A program made the translations under genes and the position numbers. Of a stretch of 64,000 nucleotides of DNA, positions 17,053 to 26,735 are shown piece after piece. Under the pieces are notes generated by a model. That model did not search any database and had not been told where the DNA came from. It was given only the letters and a program-made list of their open reading frames with translations. How positions within the stretch are numbered: the first letter of the stretch is position 1; each line of letters begins with the position of its first letter. Source of the DNA: Candidatus Aenigmatarchaeota archaeon (GTDB taxonomy: Archaea > Aenigmatarchaeota > Aenigmatarchaeia > CG10238-14); the NCBI GenBank assembly GCA_030018415.1, contig JASEGC010000004.1, positions 10,470-74,469 on the forward strand. Reading direction: 5' to 3'.

Positions 17053-18270
17053 TTATAATTTCCTTAATTTTTTTCTCATGAACTCTTCTAATTTACTGAA
17101 AGCTTCCTCCATCATCTCAATTGGCGGTAAGATAACAGAACGGAAATGATCTTTACCATAAATTGGATCGAAGCCAGAACCATAAGGTATTACTAAGCCG
17201 GTGTTTTCAAGAACATCCAAACAGAATTCTTTATCATCTTTCCATTTTCCCCCTAAGTCTACTCTTGGAAATATGTAGAATGCACCTTCTGGTTTTTGTG
17301 TTTGTATACCATCGATCTCATTCAACCTCCTGTGAGCAAATTCAGCCCTTTCCTTAAGTTTCCTGTTCATTTCTTTTACATGATCTTGTGGTCCTTTGAA
17401 AGCTGCAGCACAGGCCTTCATTATCGGAGTGCATGCACATAGTCTTTGCCTGGATTCAGCGAAGATTGCATTTTTTAAGTCAGTCAATTTATCAGTGGGA
17501 TCATGGAAAAACATGTAACCACATCTCCAGCCAGGAACCAGGTAATTCTTTGAAAACCCATTCAGCCCAATCACAGGAACATCTTTTGATAAAGAAGACA
17601 GTCCAACATGTGGAGTATCACTAAAAATCAGCAAATCATAAATCTCGTCTGAAATTAATAGAAGATTGTTTTCTGTAGCTATGTCGACTATTTTTTTGAG
17701 TGTAGATTTATCGTAAACAGCACCAGTAGGATTGTTTGGGTTAATCACGACAATGGCTTTAGTTCTATCTGTAATTTTTTTTCGTAAATCATCAACATCT
17801 AGTTCCCAACCTTTTTCTTCATTCTGTCTGAAACCTACGGGGGTTCCGTCTAAGAATTTTATCCATTCTATATATGGGGGATAGGCCGGTCCTGGTAGAA
17901 GAATTTCATCACCGCTTCCGTTTTCAATCAAGGCGCCGAACAAAAATATTAAACCCTCACTGATACCCTCTGTTATTAGGACATCATCGCTTGTTAAATC
18001 CAATTTATTCTTTTTATTCTCTCTTTCAACTATAGCTTCAATTAAAGAAGGATCGCCTTGCGAATCTGAGTAAAAACCAGACGTACCTTTCACAATCTTA
18101 AATAACTCTTCTTTTAGGTATTGAGGGACATCGAAATCGAATTTGTTGGGATCACCGGTGTTGAAATAATAAATCTTCTTTCCTTTGGCTTCTAATTTCT
18201 TTGCTATTACGACCATATCTCTTATCGGTGACTGGAGATTCCTGGAGCGGGAGCTAGGTTGCATAAACAT
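17053..18270 (-). CDS. Class I/II PLP aminotransferase (alanine/aspartate aminotransferase-like)
   Basis: Motifs NPNNPTG and NGFSKNY (PLP-lysine context), plus N-terminal IRDMV...YYFNTGDP resembling archaeal AlaAT. Confidence 0.85.
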   Translation of the reverse strand: MFMQPSSRSRNLQSPIRDMVVIAKKLEAKGKKIYYFNTGDPNKFDFDVPQYLKEELFKIVKGTSGFYSDSQGDPSLIEAIVERENKKNKLDLTSDDVLITEGISEGLIFLFGALIENGSGDEILLPGPAYPPYIEWIKFLDGTPVGFRQNEEKGWELDVDDLRKKITDRTKAIVVINPNNPTGAVYDKSTLKKIVDIATENNLLLISDEIYDLLIFSDTPHVGLSSLSKDVPVIGLNGFSKNYLVPGWRCGYMFFHDPTDKLTDLKNAIFAESRQRLCACTPIMKACAAAFKGPQDHVKEMNRKLKERAEFAHRRLNEIDGIQTQKPEGAFYIFPRVDLGGKWKDDKEFCLDVLENTGLVIPYGSGFDPIYGKDHFRSVILPPIEMMEEAFSKLEEFMRKKLRKL

Positions 18271-18373
18271 ATATTATAGTGGTTAATGTTTAAGAATTTT
18301 CTATTAAAAATGAGGATAATTTATAATTCTTCTTTCGGAAAGCATTTGAATTTAACCACCTAAAAAAAATCAT

Positions 18374-19423
18374 ATGACAGTTCCATCAGTTGACTTAAAA
18401 ACCAACCTTGATTTCTGGATTGATGGTAGATTCGCTCCATTGGACGAACCATGTTTTTATGCTGATGAACATTTTGCAAATTATGGTACTGGAGGTATAG
18501 AGGGTGCTTGTACTTATCGAAGACCAAATAATGTTGTAATCTTCAGACCAATTGATCGTTTTGTTAGGTTTCGTGAAGAAACAGCAAAAGAACTATTCTT
18601 AGAGGTGAAATGGACACCTGAAGAGCTCACAGAAATAACAAAAGAATTGATTAGAAGAAATGAGGCCAAAATTAAGAGTGGAGAAGTTATAAGAACAATG
18701 TTCAGAGGAGAAGTATTAGAATTTAGAGAACCCCCTGATCGATGGTACATTAGACCGCATGTGAGACATCGTGCCAGATCGTTGGGGGTTTATACACCTC
18801 CTGATACCGGTGTTCTCATTTTTATAGAACCATTCGATAAATATCATGGAGAAGAAGCTTTTAAAAAAGGTGCGGCATTGAAAATAGTTGATGAGAGAAG
18901 AATTGATCCACGTTCGTTATCTTCTAAAGCTAAGTTAATACCATTTTATACAGTTGGATATAAGGCAGCTAAAAAAGCTAAAGAAGCTAATGCAACGGAA
19001 GCTATCTTACTTGATATGTGGGGTTATGTTGCTGATGGTTCAGGAGGAAGTATATCAATGATAAAAAATGGGGTCTTATATATTCCTCGTAAACATTCGT
19101 CACTTGACGGAATCGTAAGAAAATCCGTGGCTCAATTGGCAAAGAAAGAATTAGGGATGAAAGTAAAACGAACTGATTTCTCCCCCAAACAACTCTATGA
19201 AGCTGATGAAGTACTTTTAACTGGAAATGCAGCTGAAGTTATGCACGTTAGAGAAGTTGATGGCCATTTGATAGGAGATGGCTCAATTGGACCGTATGTT
19301 AAACAACTCCAGAACATGTTTTTTGGTATTGTTTACGATGATCCTAATCTATTTCCGAATTGCGGTAAATATCAACATTGGATGGAGCCAGTGTACTCTT
19401 ATAAGACTTCTGAGGTAATATAA
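18374..19423 (+). CDS. Class IV aminotransferase (branched-chain amino-acid aminotransferase-like)
   Basis: Overall IlvE-like pattern (...EGACTYR..., LLDMWGYVADGSGGSI, LTGNAAEV). No search was run. Confidence 0.7.
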   Translation: MTVPSVDLKTNLDFWIDGRFAPLDEPCFYADEHFANYGTGGIEGACTYRRPNNVVIFRPIDRFVRFREETAKELFLEVKWTPEELTEITKELIRRNEAKIKSGEVIRTMFRGEVLEFREPPDRWYIRPHVRHRARSLGVYTPPDTGVLIFIEPFDKYHGEEAFKKGAALKIVDERRIDPRSLSSKAKLIPFYTVGYKAAKKAKEANATEAILLDMWGYVADGSGGSISMIKNGVLYIPRKHSSLDGIVRKSVAQLAKKELGMKVKRTDFSPKQLYEADEVLLTGNAAEVMHVREVDGHLIGDGSIGPYVKQLQNMFFGIVYDDPNLFPNCGKYQHWMEPVYSYKTSEVI

Positions 19424-19519
19424 TTTTTTGTGAAGTCCAATTCTTCATGTGTTAATGGTAATAGTTGTTTAAAATCTTCGATTTCGCCTTGCTTCAATTG
19501 AATCGGTGATCCATCTACC

Positions 19520-19816
19520 TCACTTCTTTAACTGGAATCCTTTATTCTTAGAATTTCCAGCAGTGATTAAATTAAAATATACTAATTTCTTTAAATTCCA
19601 TCTCAAAGTAGAAGGAGGAATATCATGTTTGTCAGAAAGTTTTTCTATTAAGTTAGTGGCTGAAACATAATGTCCGTTGATTTTCAACTCATTCAGAATG
19701 AGAATTTGATACCTAGTTAGAACATCGAGTAAAAGTTTTTTCAGAACATCTGTTTGTATTGGCTTCGAAAACCTGTGAATTGGCTTGGCATCACCATCAC
19801 TTCTATAATGAACGAA
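19520..19816 (-). pseudogene. Winged-HTH regulator-like ORF lacking a canonical start codon
   Basis: The open frame FVHYRSDGDAKPIHRFSKPIQTDVLKKLLLDVLTRYQILILNELKINGHYVSATNLIEKLSDKHDIPPSTLRWNLKKLVYFNLI... opens right after a TAA. The only ATG/GTG/TTG inside leaves 57 codons. ATG codons lie in a neighbouring frame (19800-19810 region). Confidence 0.4.
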
Positions 19817-19854
19817 TTACTATTTAAGCCTGGTGTGCAACAAAAATTGCATAT

Positions 19855-21162
19855 TTACTTTACCATTTCATTAACTTTCGTATAGAATTGCATGTCCAAG
19901 AATCCATGACCAGATATGTTCATCGCTATTATACATTCTCTATTCTCTTTTTTTGCTTTCAATGCCTCATCTATTGCCGCCCTAACTGCATAACAAGATT
20001 CTGGTGCTGGTAAGAAACCCTCGTTCTTAACAAATAAGCTCGCTGCTTCAAACATTGATTTTTCATCACTAGGATAAGCCACAGCTTCTATTAAATTATG
20101 TTTTCTGAGTAGACTAATTATAGGAGCAGCAGCATGATACCTTAATCCCTCTGCGAATATCGATGTCCCGACATGTTTATGACCAAGAGTGAACATTTTC
20201 AACAAAGGAGTTTGTTCAGCATGATCGGCGAAGTCATACCTGTATTCTCCGTTGATGAGGCTAGGTGCAGATTCTGACTGTGCAGCAATAAACCTAATTT
20301 TTCTTTTACCCTTTATTACTTCCCCAACAAATGGTAGTACAAAACCACCAAAGTTTGAACCACCACCAAGACAACCCGTCATTACATCAGGTTCTTCGTC
20401 TATTTTTTCAAACTGTTTCATCATTTCTAAACCGATAATAGTCTGATGTAATAAAACATGATTTAACACACTACCAAGACAGTAAACAGACTTTTCACTA
20501 TTCAATACATCCTCTATCGCTTCAGATATTGCTATCCCTAATGAGCCAGGATGTTTTGGATCTTTCTTCAACAATTCCCTTCCACATTTAGTCCTGTTGC
20601 TGGGTGATGCAAATATTTCTGCACCAAAAGATTGCATTAAAGCTTTTCTTTCGGGTTTCAGATCGTGTGCTGCTCTTACCCAATAAACTGTACACTTTAA
20701 ACCCATAAGACTAGCTGCATAAGCCAAAGCAGAACCCCATTGTCCTGCTCCAGTCTCAGTGACGACCTTTTCATAACCCTGTTTTCCCACGAAGAAAAGT
20801 TGTGCTAATGCTGTGTTGACTTTATGTGAACCGGTCGGTGAAAAAAATTCTGATTTATAGTATAACTTGACATTTTTTGGTAATTTTAATGCTCTTTCCA
20901 ATCCTATAGCTCTGAACAAAGGTCGAGGTCTTCCTGCTCTCAAGAGCAACTCTCTAATTTCTTCCGGTATTGTTATCCAATTTTCTGTCGACATCTCCTG
21001 CTTCAAACAAACTGGGTTAAAGATTTTTGGTAACAGTTTTAATCTTGATTCTCCCTCTTCTGGATCTTTCGGTCTTGGTAGTTTTTCTGGTAAGTCTGGA
21101 ATTATGTTGTACCATTTTCTTGGAATTTCTTCTGGTAATAGATTTATTTGTATATTTTTCAT
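19855..21162 (-). CDS. TrpB2-type tryptophan synthase beta-like PLP enzyme (stand-alone)
   Basis: The PLP-lysine motif is TGSHKVNTA. A GGGSN loop is present, and there is an N-terminal extension typical of TrpB2. No other trp genes are in the window. Confidence 0.85.
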   Translation of the reverse strand: MKNIQINLLPEEIPRKWYNIIPDLPEKLPRPKDPEEGESRLKLLPKIFNPVCLKQEMSTENWITIPEEIRELLLRAGRPRPLFRAIGLERALKLPKNVKLYYKSEFFSPTGSHKVNTALAQLFFVGKQGYEKVVTETGAGQWGSALAYAASLMGLKCTVYWVRAAHDLKPERKALMQSFGAEIFASPSNRTKCGRELLKKDPKHPGSLGIAISEAIEDVLNSEKSVYCLGSVLNHVLLHQTIIGLEMMKQFEKIDEEPDVMTGCLGGGSNFGGFVLPFVGEVIKGKRKIRFIAAQSESAPSLINGEYRYDFADHAEQTPLLKMFTLGHKHVGTSIFAEGLRYHAAAPIISLLRKHNLIEAVAYPSDEKSMFEAASLFVKNEGFLPAPESCYAVRAAIDEALKAKKENRECIIAMNISGHGFLDMQFYTKVNEMVK

Positions 21163-21215
21163 GGCAATGATTTGTGAATCAAACTATTAAATCGTTATTG
21201 GTCAATTTTTGTTCA

Positions 21216-22883
21216 CTAAATCAAACCCAACAAATCAACACAAAACTCGCATGCAGCAACAGGCATCTCTAATTCCCAATTTTCGATGACAGAAGGATGA
21301 ATTTCCCCGAATCTACCAAGATTCTTTCCATCAACAACCACTTTAGCGCATCTTCCAGGAATAAAACAAGGTAGAGTAGATTCTTCAATCTTGTAAGCCT
21401 CTATACCTAAATTACTCAGAATGCTTTCAACCAAAGACTTTATTTCAGAAAAGTTTGCTTTCGAATGACATAACACAATTCCCAACTTTCTCACAGTTTT
21501 CGCTCCGGTATCAGAGTAAGGATCCAATTCGGTCACATCTCCAACCTCAAAAATATTCTGTGGGTATTCTCTATGTCTATTCCTCCAGAGTATTTCCATC
21601 AAACTTGGCAACAACCAATTCCTAACAATAGAATATTCTTCTGTTTTAGGATTAGCAGTTTCAATCACATCTTTTTCTTCCATCAACATCTTCTTGTATA
21701 AATTCTCTCTGTTGGTGAGCATGAAAGTAACAACTTCCTGTAAACCATATCCAACTAACAATGTCCTTAATTTTGTAGAAAATGTTTCCAAGGGATTTTC
21801 TTCTCCTATCGTCGATATGTTTGGAATCTCTGGTTCAAACCCATCATAACCATAAGCGATAGCGATATCTTCAACCAAATCTATCGCATGCATGATGTCA
21901 GTCCTGTAACAAGGAATAACGACTTGTAGGTTCTTTCCCACTTCAACTGCATCGAACCCCATCTTCTGTAAATACTCAATCATTTCATAATTCGTCAACT
22001 TCAATCCTAACAATTTGTTGACGTAGGTTGATTCTAAGTTCATCATACTCGTTTCAAGTTTAGGTGTTTCTATTTCTCTTTCGGGATATTTTATTTTGAC
22101 GAGTTGAATCCTCCCACCTCTATCAGCTAAGGAAGTTACGATAACATTCAAGACTTCATTTATAGTTTTCTCATCCATGCCAGTGATATCGATGAAAAGA
22201 TTCTTTGTTTTTTCTTCGACCATCGTGTGTATTGAGTTTATTATCGGGGGCATCGCCATGACTTTGTTGTCTGAATCCATCAGAATCGGATATCTGTCCA
22301 TTCCTTTCAAGATCCAACCGTAATCCTTTCCCTTTGAAGTGTGTTTTAGAATGTTATCTAGAGTCATTTCTTTTTGTTCTCCCAACGGAATGAATTTAAA
22401 TGAGGGGTCTTTAACTGTGTATAAAGCAGGAAACTTTACTTTGTCTAGATCATGCACACCTATTGCTGCTTTTCTTCTCTTTCTGCAATGAGTGATATGT
22501 AATTTTTCTTGTATCTGCATCAAGGATTTTATGAATTCATCTGTCATTTCAATTCCAGTCACAACGGCAGAGGCAATGTACGGTCTTATCGGTTTAGTTA
22601 CAGGATCGACTCTAACCATGTAAATAGATTTTTCGGCTTTGTAAGTCCTCAGTCCAGTTTTTATGTTCATGAACGATGAGAATGCTCTTGCAAGCCCTTC
22701 TACTGATAGCATGTCAGGCCTGTTGGGATTAACTTCAACTGAGAACTCATCTTTTTCTATACCTTCCCATCCCACCCCAAGCATCGGTAATTTTTCTTCT
22801 ATTTCTTTCATGGAGATATCTTTTCCTACGAGTTTACAGAAATCTTTTACATCAACAGTTATTACTGGCATAATTAAAATCAC
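21216..22883 (-). CDS. pheT: Phenylalanyl-tRNA synthetase beta subunit (archaeal)
   Basis: N-terminal MPVITVDVKDF...NPNRPDMLS (B3/4 domain pattern) and the archaeal PheT length. The likely true start is the internal MPVIT. Confidence 0.9.
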   Translation of the reverse strand: MILIMPVITVDVKDFCKLVGKDISMKEIEEKLPMLGVGWEGIEKDEFSVEVNPNRPDMLSVEGLARAFSSFMNIKTGLRTYKAEKSIYMVRVDPVTKPIRPYIASAVVTGIEMTDEFIKSLMQIQEKLHITHCRKRRKAAIGVHDLDKVKFPALYTVKDPSFKFIPLGEQKEMTLDNILKHTSKGKDYGWILKGMDRYPILMDSDNKVMAMPPIINSIHTMVEEKTKNLFIDITGMDEKTINEVLNVIVTSLADRGGRIQLVKIKYPEREIETPKLETSMMNLESTYVNKLLGLKLTNYEMIEYLQKMGFDAVEVGKNLQVVIPCYRTDIMHAIDLVEDIAIAYGYDGFEPEIPNISTIGEENPLETFSTKLRTLLVGYGLQEVVTFMLTNRENLYKKMLMEEKDVIETANPKTEEYSIVRNWLLPSLMEILWRNRHREYPQNIFEVGDVTELDPYSDTGAKTVRKLGIVLCHSKANFSEIKSLVESILSNLGIEAYKIEESTLPCFIPGRCAKVVVDGKNLGRFGEIHPSVIENWELEMPVAACEFCVDLLGLI

Positions 22884-22887
22884 TTTT

Positions 22888-23544
22888 CTATACTTTTAAA
22901 AATTTGGGAAGGTCAGAAACAGATTTTATTATATTCTCAACCCCCATTTTTTTCAGTTCTTCTTCAGTTGAAACACCAGTTAAGACAGCAACAAAATTAA
23001 CGTTAGCAGATTTGGCAGCTTCGTAGTCGAATCGAGAATCGCCAACAAAAATAACCTCTTCTGGTTTTAATTTTAATTTTTTGCACGCGAGTAATATGGG
23101 ATCAGGATTGGGTTTATGATTTTTTGTGTCTTCACAGGATATTATGATATTAAACCAATCCATATCATAACCAGCTTCTCTCAGATGTTTTTCAATGGAA
23201 AACCTTAACCTACCAGAAACTATAGCTAACTTGAAACCAGATTTTTTCAGTATACGTAAAGCTTCTACACTGCCATCAAAAGGAAGTATTACTTTATTAA
23301 CAAATTGTTCTCTGAATGTTTTTGCAAAGAGGTCTACATCAAAATCAGGCCAGAAAATTTTTATGCTTTTATTTAAAGGTACACCAGCCATTTCTTTTAT
23401 TTCTTTATCTGTTGGGACCCTCAATTTGAAGTTTCTAGCGACTTTTTGAAATAGTTCTATTATTATCCTATCACTGTCTAAAAGTACACCGTCAACATCG
23501 AATATTATTGCTTTTATTTTCATTCTCTCATCCTTTAAGGCCAA
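22888..23544 (-). CDS. HAD-superfamily hydrolase (phosphatase-like)
   Basis: Motif I is FDVDGVLLDS, motif II is IVSG and motif IV is VGDSRFD. Confidence 0.8.
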   Translation of the reverse strand: MALKDERMKIKAIIFDVDGVLLDSDRIIIELFQKVARNFKLRVPTDKEIKEMAGVPLNKSIKIFWPDFDVDLFAKTFREQFVNKVILPFDGSVEALRILKKSGFKLAIVSGRLRFSIEKHLREAGYDMDWFNIIISCEDTKNHKPNPDPILLACKKLKLKPEEVIFVGDSRFDYEAAKSANVNFVAVLTGVSTEEELKKMGVENIIKSVSDLPKFLKV

Positions 23545-24403
23545 ATCGTTTTGCTAGTTCTTTAAACCTTTCCATAACTCTTTCTCTTCCTGCAATATTC
23601 CTCGTTCCAAAATCTTCAACGACGAATGAGGCAGCAGCAGAAGCAAACAAACCAGATTCTAATGCATTTTTACTTTCAGAATATCTTATTGCAAACGCAG
23701 ATGCAAACACATCTCCTGAACCAGTCTTGTCGACTAGAATAGTCTTGTAAGCAGGAATCCTATGAATTTCTTCCCCAGCTATTATCGAACCATTTTCACC
23801 TAGAGTTAATTCAACAACTTTCACCCCAAGACTTCTCAATTCTTCGCAAACTTTTTCATAATCGCATTCTTTCGATACAGAACTTATCTCATCTTTTCCA
23901 ACCTTCAATAAATCAATATACTTTAAGAATTCTTCACTCTCGTTCCAAAACTTCTTCATAACTTCCCTTTTTTTAGTTGTTCTGACAAAACCTTGCACAT
24001 CCAAGGAAAGAATTTTACAATCCTTTCTTGCTTTCTTTACGCATTCCAGAGTTATTTCATTGAAGACAGGACCTAGAAGAGTGACATCAACCTTACCAAA
24101 GTGCTTATGATTTATCTTTCCAGCATCACTCAACACATATTGCTTTCTTTCACCTTCTGTATAATCATTAACGAAACAAGTAACATCTTCACTTTCTTGT
24201 AACTCAACGTTTATTCCATGACTTTTCAAGTTTTTAATCCATTCAATGAGTTCATCATTGCCTCTACTCAGGACATGAGTTTCACAGCCCAATTTTGCGG
24301 CAGTTATAGAACCATAACTAGCGATTCCACCAAAAGCATATCTTTCTTCCTTTCTCGTTCTAATGATATCTTTTGTTATGTTTCCTATGACTAAGAATTT
24401 CAT
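23528..24403 (-). CDS. PfkB-family carbohydrate/nucleoside kinase
   Basis: C-terminal signature DKTGSGDVFASAF and N-terminal GGIASYG. Confidence 0.8.
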   Translation of the reverse strand: MKFLVIGNITKDIIRTRKEERYAFGGIASYGSITAAKLGCETHVLSRGNDELIEWIKNLKSHGINVELQESEDVTCFVNDYTEGERKQYVLSDAGKINHKHFGKVDVTLLGPVFNEITLECVKKARKDCKILSLDVQGFVRTTKKREVMKKFWNESEEFLKYIDLLKVGKDEISSVSKECDYEKVCEELRSLGVKVVELTLGENGSIIAGEEIHRIPAYKTILVDKTGSGDVFASAFAIRYSESKNALESGLFASAAASFVVEDFGTRNIAGRERVMERFKELAKRFGLKG

Positions 24404-24412
24404 TCCTAAACA

Positions 24413-24667
24413 TCAGGTTTTTGCAGATTTATATTTTACTATCCAATATAAAACGAGAATTAAGGGAATCACTACTAATGGCAGTCCTATCCAATTTTTT
24501 GGACTAACTCCTGAAACTACATATCCTGTTGGCATGGATGTATGGGTTAAAAAGATGATACCGAATGTAAAGGATAAAAACAGGATGACTGATATTCCTA
24601 TTCTGAGTGGTGTTTTAGGCCCTGAATATTTTTTAATTTTTACGTATTCTTCTCTTTTTTCTTCCAT
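24413..24667 (-). CDS. Small membrane protein (hypothetical)
   Basis: 84 aa with two hydrophobic helices. Confidence 0.35.
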   Translation of the reverse strand: MEEKREEYVKIKKYSGPKTPLRIGISVILFLSFTFGIIFLTHTSMPTGYVVSGVSPKNWIGLPLVVIPLILVLYWIVKYKSAKT

Positions 24668-24772
24668 GATTTATTATTGTTCATTTGTTTTTAAGATTTT
24701 ATTCTAGCATGAAAATTAGTACTTTTTAGCCATACAAAAACATATAAAAATGAAATTGAAGATGATTTTTTT

Positions 24773-25303
24773 ATGATAGAAGTCCGTTTTCATGGAAGAG
24801 GGGGACAAGGAGTAGTTACCAGTGCTTACTTACTCGCCCTCGCAGCCTTTAAGGAGGGAAAGTTCTGCCAAGCCTTTCCATTCTTCGGAACAGAGAGAAG
24901 AGGTGCTCCTGTCACATCTTTTGCTAGGATAGACAAAAAATTCATCAGAACAAGAGAGCGTGTCTATAACCCGGATTATGTCGTTGTTTTAGATTCAACT
25001 CTTTTGGATGTTGTCGATGTCGATGAAGGCATAAAGGAGAGGGGAATGATAATTATTAATACGAACAAAGATGTTAATCTACAGACGAAGGCTACTGTAA
25101 AGACTGTCGATGCAACAGATATAGCTCTAAGAGTCATCGGCAAACCTTTCGTTAACACATCGATGATTGGGGCATTAGTAGGAGCTACAGGTATAGTAAA
25201 ATTGGAGTCTGTTATCGATGTGATAAGGGAAAGATTTCCGGAAGAGATAGCCAACAAAAACATCGAAGCCGAAAAACAAACTTATGAGAAAATTAGGGGA
25301 TGA
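24773..25303 (+). CDS. porG: Pyruvate/2-oxoacid:ferredoxin oxidoreductase gamma subunit
   Basis: The N-terminus is RFHGRGGQGVVTSA, and it is the first gene of a four-gene por cluster. Confidence 0.9.
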   Translation: MIEVRFHGRGGQGVVTSAYLLALAAFKEGKFCQAFPFFGTERRGAPVTSFARIDKKFIRTRERVYNPDYVVVLDSTLLDVVDVDEGIKERGMIIINTNKDVNLQTKATVKTVDATDIALRVIGKPFVNTSMIGALVGATGIVKLESVIDVIRERFPEEIANKNIEAEKQTYEKIRG

Positions 25304-25304
25304 T

Positions 25305-25559
25305 ATGGAACCTGGAGGAGTAATAAAAGACGTTGGGAGTTCAAGAAAAGTTAAGACTGGATCCTGGAGAATTTTTAAGCCTATAGTTATCGATAAATGC
25401 ACTGGTTGTGGTATCTGTGTTCAATTCTGTCCTGAGGGTTGTATAATGATAAACGAGGACAGAAAGGCTGAAGTTGATTATGATTATTGTAAGGGTTGTT
25501 TGATCTGTGTTAATGAATGCCCTATTAAAGCCATAAAAAGTGAGAGGGAGGTTAAATAA
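25305..25559 (+). CDS. porD: Pyruvate/2-oxoacid:ferredoxin oxidoreductase delta subunit (2x[4Fe-4S] ferredoxin-like)
   Basis: The two cluster motifs are [12 protein letters not shown] and [15 protein letters not shown] 25305 lies just after the porG stop, and the stop overlaps the porA ATG (TAATG). Confidence 0.9.
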   Translation: MEPGGVIKDVGSSRKVKTGSWRIFKPIVIDKCTGCGICVQFCPEGCIMINEDRKAEVDYDYCKGCLICVNECPIKAIKSEREVK

Positions 25560-26735
25560 TGGTAAGACACATCATGGAAGGCAGCAAAGTTGTAGCGGAA
25601 GCTATCTTTCTTTGCAAGCCAGATGTGGTTAGTGCCTATCCTATAACACCGCAAAGCATTCATTCATTTTGAATGGTGCGCGGATACTCATATAGTCGAG
25701 GAACTGGCTCAATTGATAGCTGATGGAAGAATTAAGTCTAGGTTTTTGGAAGTTGAGTCGGAGTTTTCAGCGATATCAAGCGTTGCTGGTGCTGTTGCAG
25801 CTGGATCAAGAGCTTTCACTGCTACATGCTCCCAAGGTCTGGCGTTGATGCATGAAGTTTTATTTGCAATAGCAGGGATGAGGTTACCTGTAGTAATGGT
25901 TGTTACTAACAGAGCATTGTCTTCACCCATCAATATTTGGAATGATTGCCAAGATTCTATCTCTGAAAGGGATTCTGGATGGATCCAGTTGTACGTCGAG
26001 ACTGTTCAAGAAGCTGTCGATACCATAATTCAGGCTTACAAGATAGCTGAGGACAACAGAGTTCTCTTACCAGTCATGGTTTGTATGGATGGTTTTATCT
26101 TGACTCATACTGTTGAACCTGTTGAATTGCCAGATGATGTGGAAGTTAAAAAATTCTTACCAAAGTACAAACCAAACCATGCATTCTTGGACCCAACAAG
26201 ACCCATGACACTCGGACCATTCACCTATCCTGAGCCTTATTTCAAGTTGAGAAAGGAACTTTCCTTAGCTATTGATAACTCAAAGATTATCATATCTGAA
26301 GTCAATGAAGAATTCGGGGAGATGTTCAAGAGAAAGTATGGCAACGGCCTGATAGAGGAATACAAGAATGATAAGAAGATAGCTATAGTTTCCATGGGTT
26401 CTGTCTGCGGGACGATAAAATGTGTTGTTGATTCTAGGAAGGATACTGGTTTAGTGAGGATAAGATGCTACAGACCCCTCCCGAAAGAAGATTTGATTGA
26501 AGCCTTAAAAGGAAAAGAAATCGTGATCGTCCTCGACAAGAATATCTCTCTCGGCCTTGGCTCTGGGAGTGTTTTTTCTGAAGTTCGTGATGTTTTGTAT
26601 AGTTTGAAAGATAGACCAAAAGTTGTCGGATGTGTTGCAGGTTTAGGTGGAACAGACATCAAGAGTAAGGACATCAATAGATTGATCGATGAGTCTAAGA
26701 AGATGAAGGACGGAGAAGTGGTGTGGTTGATATGA
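25559..26735 (+). CDS. porA: Pyruvate/2-oxoacid:ferredoxin oxidoreductase alpha subunit, interrupted by a 31-nt intervening sequence (exons 25559-25654 and 25686-26735)
   Basis: Exon 1 reads [32 protein letters not shown]. Exon 2 reads [31 protein letters not shown]...[13 protein letters not shown]. The two frames differ by +1 and are rejoined by removing 31 nt. Unspliced, the ORF stops at TGA 25670-25672. Confidence 0.85.
25655..25685 (+). other. Candidate bulge-helix-bulge (relaxed HBh') intron within the porA mRNA
   Basis: A 4-bp helix forms between 25649-52 CCGC and 25680-83 GCGG. It is flanked by 3-nt unpaired AAA (25653-55) and ATA (25684-86). An internal hairpin forms from GCAT/GTGC plus CATTCA/TGAATG. 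Cleavage after the second bulge nucleotide on both sides restores the frame. Confidence 0.55.

Noticed and set aside
18281-18359. 8-bp inverted repeat GTGGTTAA / TTAACCAC flanking the divergent promoter region of the two aminotransferase genes
   Set aside because: The arms are ~60 nt apart and AT-rich, so a chance occurrence is plausible and there is no supporting second site.
25640-25700. Programmed ribosomal frameshift or simple indel as an explanation for the porA break
   Set aside because: A +1 shift alone would still insert about 10 foreign residues in the middle of the invariant YPITPQTHIVE motif and would meet the TGA at 25670. Only removal of the whole 31 nt restores the motif. A dead pseudogene remains the alternative and is listed as the refutation test.
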